Source of the DNA: the human T2T-CHM13v2.0 reference genome, Homo sapiens
DNA: 64,000 nt
Strand: one strand, 5' to 3'
NCBI RefSeq assembly: GCF_009914755.1
Contig: NC_060926.1
This document shows positions 55,540 to 64,000 of this stretch, piece after piece; the first letter of the stretch is position 1, and every line of letters begins with the position of its first letter. A program made the translations under genes and the position numbers. The notes beneath the pieces were generated by a model. The model did not search any database, was not told where the DNA came from, and worked only from the letters and a program-made list of their open reading frames with translations.

Positions 55540-57620
55540 ATGGCCAAAGCATGAGAAAACTCATCGCGGGACTCATTTTCCTTAAAATTTAGACTTTTAC
55601 AGTAAGGACTTCAACTGACCTTCCTCAGACCGAGGACTATTCCCAGGGTATACAACAAGTCACTGAGGTAGGACAAAAAGTTGCTGCGGTCCTATTATTT
55701 TGTGGTTATTATAAGTGTACTGGAACTCTAAAAAGAACTTGTTTGTATAATGTTATTCTATACAAGGTATGTAGCCCAGGAAATGACCAACCTGATGTGT
55801 GTTATGACCCATCTCAGCCTCCCATGACCACAATTTTTAAAATAAGATTAAGGACTGAGGACTGGTGGGGGCTCATAAACGATACGAGTAAAGTGTTAGC
55901 TAAAACAGAAGAAAAAGGGGTGCCCAAACAAGTCACCTTAAAAGTTAATGTCTGCGCTGTCATTAATAGTAATAAGTTAGGAATAAGGCATGGTTGTCTT
56001 AATTAGAAAAGAGGCTATATGGCAGAAAATAAGTACATCTGTCATAAATTAGGACTGTGTGGAAATAAATATAAATACTGGTCTTGTGTCATTTAGGCCA
56101 CTTAGAAAAAAAAATGAAAAAGATCCAGTCCACCTTCAGAAAGGAAAAAATGGCCCTTCCTGTACTAAGGGACAATGTAACCCCTTAGAGCTAGTAATAA
56201 CCAATCCCCTTGATCCTCGCAGGAAAAAAGAGGAGAGTGTGACCTTAAGAATCGACGGGGCCGGACTGGATCCTCAAGTAAACATCTTAGTTCGAGGAGA
56301 AGTTTATAAATGCTCTCCTAAGCCAGTGTTTTAAACTTTCTATGATGAACTAAATGTGCCAGTACCAGAAATTCCAGGAAAAACAAGAAATTTGTTTTTG
56401 CAATTAGCCGAGCATGTAACCCAGTCTCTCAATGTCACTTCACGTTATGTACGTGGAGAAACTGTAATAGGAGATCAATGGCCACAGGAAGCCCAAGAAT
56501 TAGTACCTACAGACCAAGTTCCTGATGAATTCCCAGCTCAAAAGAATCACCCTGATAATTTCTAGGTCCTAAAAGCCTCAATTATTGGACAATATTGCAT
56601 AGCTAGAGAAGGAAGAGAATTCACTCACCCCGTAGGATGACTTAGTTGTCTGAGACAGAAAGTGTATAATGGCACCACAAAAACAGTCACTTGGTGGAGT
56701 TCAAGTCACACAGAGAGAAATCCATTTAGTAAATTCCCAAAGTTGCAAACTGTGTGGACCCACCCGGAGTCCCACCGGGACTGGACAGCCCCCACTAGAT
56801 TGTACTGGATATGTAGGCATAGAGCTTATGCCAAATTACCCGACCAGCAGGCAGGTAGTTGTGTTACTGGCACTATTAAACCATCTTTCTTCCTACTGCC
56901 CATAAAAACAGGCGAAATCCTAGGCTTCCCTGTCTATGCTTCCCACGAAAAGAGAAGCATAGCTATAAGAAATTGAAAACATGATAAATGGCCCCCTAAG
57001 AGAATCATGCAATATTATAGGCCTGCTACTTAGGCACAAGACGGCTCGTGAGGATACCAGACCCCCATTTGCATGATCAACTGAATCATACGGTTACAAG
57101 CTGTCTTAAAAATAATCACTAATAAAACCGGCAGAGCCTTGACTCTTCTGGCCCGGCAATAAACTCAGATGAGAAATGCTATCTATCGAAATAGATTAGC
57201 TCTCGACTACTTGCTAGCAGCTGAAGGTGAGGTCTGTAGGAAATTTAACCATACTAATTGCTGCCTATACATAGATAATCAAGGGCAAGTAGTTGAAGAC
57301 ATAGTTACAGATATAACAAAATTGACACATGTGCCCGTACAAGTGTGGCATGGATTTGATCCTGAGGCCATGTTTAGAAAATGGTTCCCAGCACTACGAA
57401 GATTTAAAACTCTTATAATAAAAGTTATAATAGTAATAGGAACCTGCTTACTGCTCCCTTGTTTGCTACCTGTACTTCTTCAAATGATAAAAAGTTTCAT
57501 CGCTACCTTAGTTCACCAAAATGCTTCAGCAGAAGTGTACTATATGAATGAATCACTATCGATCTGTCTTGCAGGAAGACATAGATAAGAAAATGAAAGT
57601 GAAAACTCCTACTATTGAGT
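55540..57620 (+). pseudogene. HERV-E-type env pseudogene (SU+TM)
   Basis: QCNPLELVITNP; TRNLFLQLAEHV; furin-like EKR|SIA; [24 protein letters not shown]; hydrophobic anchor; several in-frame stops. Confidence 0.9.
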
Positions 57621-57629
57621 GAGAGTCTC

Positions 57630-57641
57630 AAAGGGGAGGAA
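57630..57641 (+). other. Polypurine tract
   Basis: AAAGGGGAGGAA directly before the 3' LTR. Confidence 0.8.
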
Positions 57642-58100
57642 TAAGGCAGGAGACCACCCCTCATATTGTCTTATGCCCAATTTCTGCCTCTAAAGAAAGA
57701 AAAAGTAAAAACTAAAAGGCAGAAATGAAATCCACAAGCAGACAGCCCGGCCCCACACCCTAGGCCTGGTAGTTAAAGATCGACCTCTGACCTAATCAGT
57801 TATGTTATCTATAGATTACAGACACTGTATAGAAAAGCACTGTGAAAATCCCTATCCTGTTTTGTTCCGGTCTAATTACTGGTGCATGCAGCCTCCACTC
57901 ACGTACCCCCTGCTTGCTCAATCGATCACGACCCTCTCACATACACCCCCTTAGAGTTGTGAGCCCTTAAAAAGGACAGGAATTGCTCACTCGGGGTGCT
58001 TGGCCCTTGAGACAGGAGTCTTGCTGATGCCCCCGGCCAGATAAACCCCTTCCTTCAACTCGGAGTCTGAGGAGTTTTGTCTGCGGCTCATCCTGCTACA
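57642..58100 (+). mobile_element. 3' LTR (LTR2)
   Basis: Direct repeat of the 5' LTR, about 92% identical by manual count. Confidence 0.93.
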
Positions 58101-58534
58101 GGCTCATTGCAAGTTCCGCCTCCTGGATTCACGCCATTCTCCTGCCTCAGCCTCCCAAGTAGCTGGGACTACAGGCGCACACCATCATGCCCAGCATTTT
58201 TTTTTTTTTTTTTTTTTAGTAGAGACGGGGTTTCACCGTGTTAGCCAGGACGGTCTCAATCTCCTGACCTCATGATCTGTCTGCCTTGGCCTGCCAGAGT
58301 GCTGGAATTACAGGCCTGAGCCACCGCGCGGCCATTTTCAATTTTAAAAAACTTTTTTATTACAGAAATGTTCACATATACACTAAAGTAGACAAGCTAA
58401 TATAAAGAATGTAATGTATTTATGAGGTAGTTTCAAGTTATCAACCCACATTCCCCACCCCTACATTTTAAAGTAAATTTCAGTGATGTCATTTAGTGTA
58501 CAGATAGTTGCCTAGGGACCTTTAAAATTTGTTC

Positions 58535-60328
<1,794 letters not shown>

Positions 60329-60449
60329 CCCAAAATTTCAGGTTTTGATAGACGGAATGGGTGAAGAAAATGAGAGCTAGCAAGGAAGAACAGGATGCAG
60401 AGGCAAGACTGGAAACTCTCCAAGAAAGGTTAACTTTTCTTAACTCACA

Positions 60450-61560
60450 AGTTAAACAAAGGCTGCAGGCTCCATGCGGAGCTCAGGCACCCAGCGGTGA
60501 CCGATCCAGACCAGGTCCTCCCGGAAGCCCGGCCTGCCCGACAGAGCCTTACCACAGAGCCCCCTCAGGCGTCCTCGCCAGGACGGGGCGGAACCCTGTG
60601 TAGCTCCCACCCCCGGGACGAAGGCCGCTGCCAGGGCCGCGCAGCCACGCGAGTGGAATCAGAGGAGCCTCGAGGCAAGGAGAGCCGGGCCCCGCTCCCT
60701 GCGCCCGTCACCGCCATCCTTGTTGTAGGGAACTCGGCCCCCGAGCCGCCGCCGCGCTCCGTGGGCTCCCAATGAGCCCCTACCCCAGCCACCCGCTGCG
60801 TTTGCGCCAGCCTCCCAGACTAGCCTGGGGTGCTGAAATGGGGGCGGGCCCGAGCCACGGGTTGGGGCGGGGTCTGACGCGCGCCCCGCCCCGCAACGCC
60901 CCGCCCCCCCGCGCCTACCTCTCCAGTCCGCGCCCTTCGGCGCCCGCCCCGCCAGTCCCCGCCCCTCCTTGCCCAGCCGCTCCCGCCCCTCCCCCGCCTT
61001 CCCGCGCGGCCCGCCTCGCCTTCCCCCCCCTCCCGCGCCCCCGCGCGGCCGGCCCCTGGCCTTCCTCCCCTTCCTGCTCCGGGCCCGCCAGTAGCCGGCC
61101 GCGGCGGCGAGGGACTAGGACGCGGCTGGAGCGGCGCCGGGAGACGAGGGGCTGAGAGACGGCGGCGGCCGAAAGCGGAGAGATGCTGGGCGTGGCGGCC
61201 GGGATGACCCACAGGTACGGGCCGCACCGCGCGGCCCCCGCCACGTCCGCCCCGCAGCTCCCGGCGGGCCTTCGGGCCGGGCCGGGCCGGGCCTGGCGCG
61301 GGCGGGCGGCCGGGCTTTCCCCGCGGCCTCCCCCGGGCGGCCGGAGCCCCGACCCCCAGCGCTCGGGTGGCGGCGTGGCTGCGTCCGGGCCCGCGGAGGA
61401 GACGGCTGCTGTTCACTCCCGGGTGTCCGCGGTGGCACAGGCGCTGACGCCGCCCCGCTGCTCCGAGAGTTCCATAAGACAAATCAGTATTTGCCGAGCT
61501 AATCATTTATCTTCTAGCAGTAGGGATCAGCGGGTCGCAGACGTCTTGGTCTCAGGACCC
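60450..61560. promoter_or_regulatory. LIMS1: CpG island / LIMS1 promoter (probably bidirectional)
   Basis: Very high GC and CpG density; multiple GC boxes (GGGGCGGG at ~60842 and ~60864, CCCGCCCC repeats); no TATA box seen. Confidence 0.93.
61183..61214 (+). CDS. LIMS1: LIMS1 (PINCH1) exon 1 coding part: MLGVAAGMTH(S)
   Basis: ATG at 61183 inside the CpG island; donor CAG|gtacgg at 61214; peptide matches the remembered N-terminus of the long LIMS1 isoform; order GCC2 then LIMS1 matches chr2q12. Confidence 0.85.
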
Positions 61561-61990
61561 CTCTTGGGACTAGAGGACCTGGAATGGTGGCTATCTCCAT
61601 AGACTGTACTAGAAAGGAAAACCGAGACACTGAAGTTACTATTAACTCATTGAATAAATCCGTGGTATGTTAACGTACATACCACATTTTTATGCAACAT
61701 AGGGTTTTGCTAAAACAAAAGAGTTCGTGGGACGACTGGCGTCCTTTACAGTTTGCGAATCTCTTGAGTTGTCTGACTTAGTAGAGACAACTACGTTCTC
61801 CCATCTCCTTTGCAGTTCAGTCTGTTGCGGTATGTTTTTATATGAAGAAAATCTGATCTTACACGGATGTGTAGTTGGAAAAGTGAGTACTGTCTTAATA
61901 GCTGTTTCAGATAATTATGGGTATTCTTTATTACTACACCAAAACTACGTAAGTGGAAGTTTCTCAAAGGCTGGTTTGGACGTGGAATCT

Positions 61991-62138
61991 GAAGCTACTG
62001 TCAGCGGACTTTTCACACAGTTTCGTTAAAATTCCTTGGTCTGTCTTGCAGTTTGAATGCAGCTAAAGCTCCTGTCAGTGGCCTTTGCACACAGTTACGT
62101 TAAAATTCCTTGGTCTGTCTTGCAGTTTGAATGCAGCT
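61991..62138. repeat. 74-bp tandem duplication in LIMS1 intron 1
   Basis: aagct.ctgtcag.gg.cttt.cacacagtt.cgttaaaattccttggtctgtcttgcagtttgaatgcagct x2. Confidence 0.92.
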
Positions 62139-62839
62139 GTTACCCATTGTAACACCATATATTTGTCGTTTGGAAGATATTGGCTCACTGAGTTTGGCAG
62201 ATCTCAAGCTGACGCATTTCATTAATAGCGCCGAATAACATTCGTTACCATCGCTATTGATTTCATTAGGAAAGTCTTTATGTTAAAAGCCGTCAGATAC
62301 AAGGTGGTGTTTACAAGTTTTCCAAAATTCTCATTTTCGGTTGAAAGCTTGCTTTTTATCATTGGGAGCAAAATATTGTCAATTGTTTTCCTCAAAGTGA
62401 CAGACTCACTTTGTTCAGTTTCAAGGAAGTGTCCGGCAATACAGGTTTAAATAACCCTAGTTTGTCAGTTGTTCTTTCCCGTAAAAATGGTATTTCATGA
62501 CACAAGCAAGTTAATTCAGCTCATCGCTCTATTACAGAAGTGCACGCCTGCCATTTGGTCACAAGTAACAAAAAAGAGTCAAAGCTCAAGATTTGATAAC
62601 AATAATTTGTACTCCTTCATCATGGACTTTTTTCCTTAAAAAAAAGTATTGACTAGTAAGTTGATATAAAATTTAAAGTATTTGTGAGATATTAAGAATA
62701 ACGGATATGTAGTGTAATAAAGGAGATAATAGTTTCCTTTTAAGACCTTCAAACCTCTCTGGTCCAGTGTCTCTCCGCATCCTATCCCCTTCCCATCCTG
62801 AATTTACCATTAGTAATTTACTTTTTGGAGGGAGAGTAA

Positions 62840-63650
<811 letters not shown>

Positions 63651-64000
63651 AAAAGTGAAATTGACATTATTTTCCTGTGAGTACATAAAGGTAAAGAATT
63701 CAGGGACAGTACCACGGCCCTCTTTAGTGCTAAGCGGCCAGCAGTTGTACCGACTGTTGTTTTTGCACTATCTGTGTGTCAACACAGTCCACAATGCTAC
63801 AGTGACTTCTTAGGAATATCTTAGTATGATGAAAATAGTTTTGATCTCTCGGATCCCTTAAAAAGGTCTTGGAGACCCTCAGGAGTTCAAGGCCATACTT
63901 TAAGAACCACTGTTAAAGACATAATCCTAAATGATGAAGGATATGCAGGTATTGGGGATATTTAAAAAGGAACAAATACAAGGTTTCTCTTAAAATTGCT

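Larger units (their letters stand above)
50555..58100 (+). mobile_element. Defective LTR2-flanked endogenous retrovirus (HERV-E / Harlequin type)
   Basis: Two ~460-bp LTRs, tRNA-Glu PBS, PPT, decayed gag/pol/env pieces, 4-bp TSD. Confidence 0.93.
50482..58332 (-). mobile_element. AluY split by the provirus (50482-50554 and 58101-58332)
   Basis: The halves join seamlessly; AluY-type diagnostics (ttcacgccattctcc, ccgtgttagccagg); flanking TSD ttttcaatttt. Confidence 0.88.

Noticed and set aside
60361-61602. Long overlapping Pro/Arg/Gly/Ala-rich ORFs (up to 228 aa)
   Set aside because: Stop-codon depletion in a CpG island; only 61183-61214 is supported as a coding exon.

Overview
Human/great-ape genomic DNA matching the chr2q12 GCC2-LIMS1 locus. 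The + strand carries the last 16 coding exons of GCC2 (golgin GCC185). All introns are GT-AG and the exons splice into one open frame of 731 codons, ending in the GRIP domain and ...WASYLHSWSGLR*, followed by a ~1.8 kb 3'UTR. After a ~25 kb repeat-rich interval comes a CpG island with LIMS1 (PINCH1) exon 1 (MLGVAAGMTH...). Repeats include about 40 Alus, a 5'-inverted L1PA2 with TSD, older L1/L2/MER/MaLR pieces, an MLT2A solo LTR, and a 7.5 kb two-LTR LTR2 (HERV-E/Harlequin-type) defective provirus inserted inside an AluY. I found no wholly new biological system. The best leads are: ~240-bp direct repeats bracketing the GRIP exon; a perfect DUX4 motif in an antisense MLT2A LTR; a terminal exon that starts with a reconstitutable 5' splice site; two routes to the same GRIP-tail-less isoform; a stop-free circRNA candidate; and the mosaic, G-to-A-marked provirus just upstream of LIMS1. 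Exon numbers, residue numbers and repeat subfamily names come from memory and manual reading, not from a database search.
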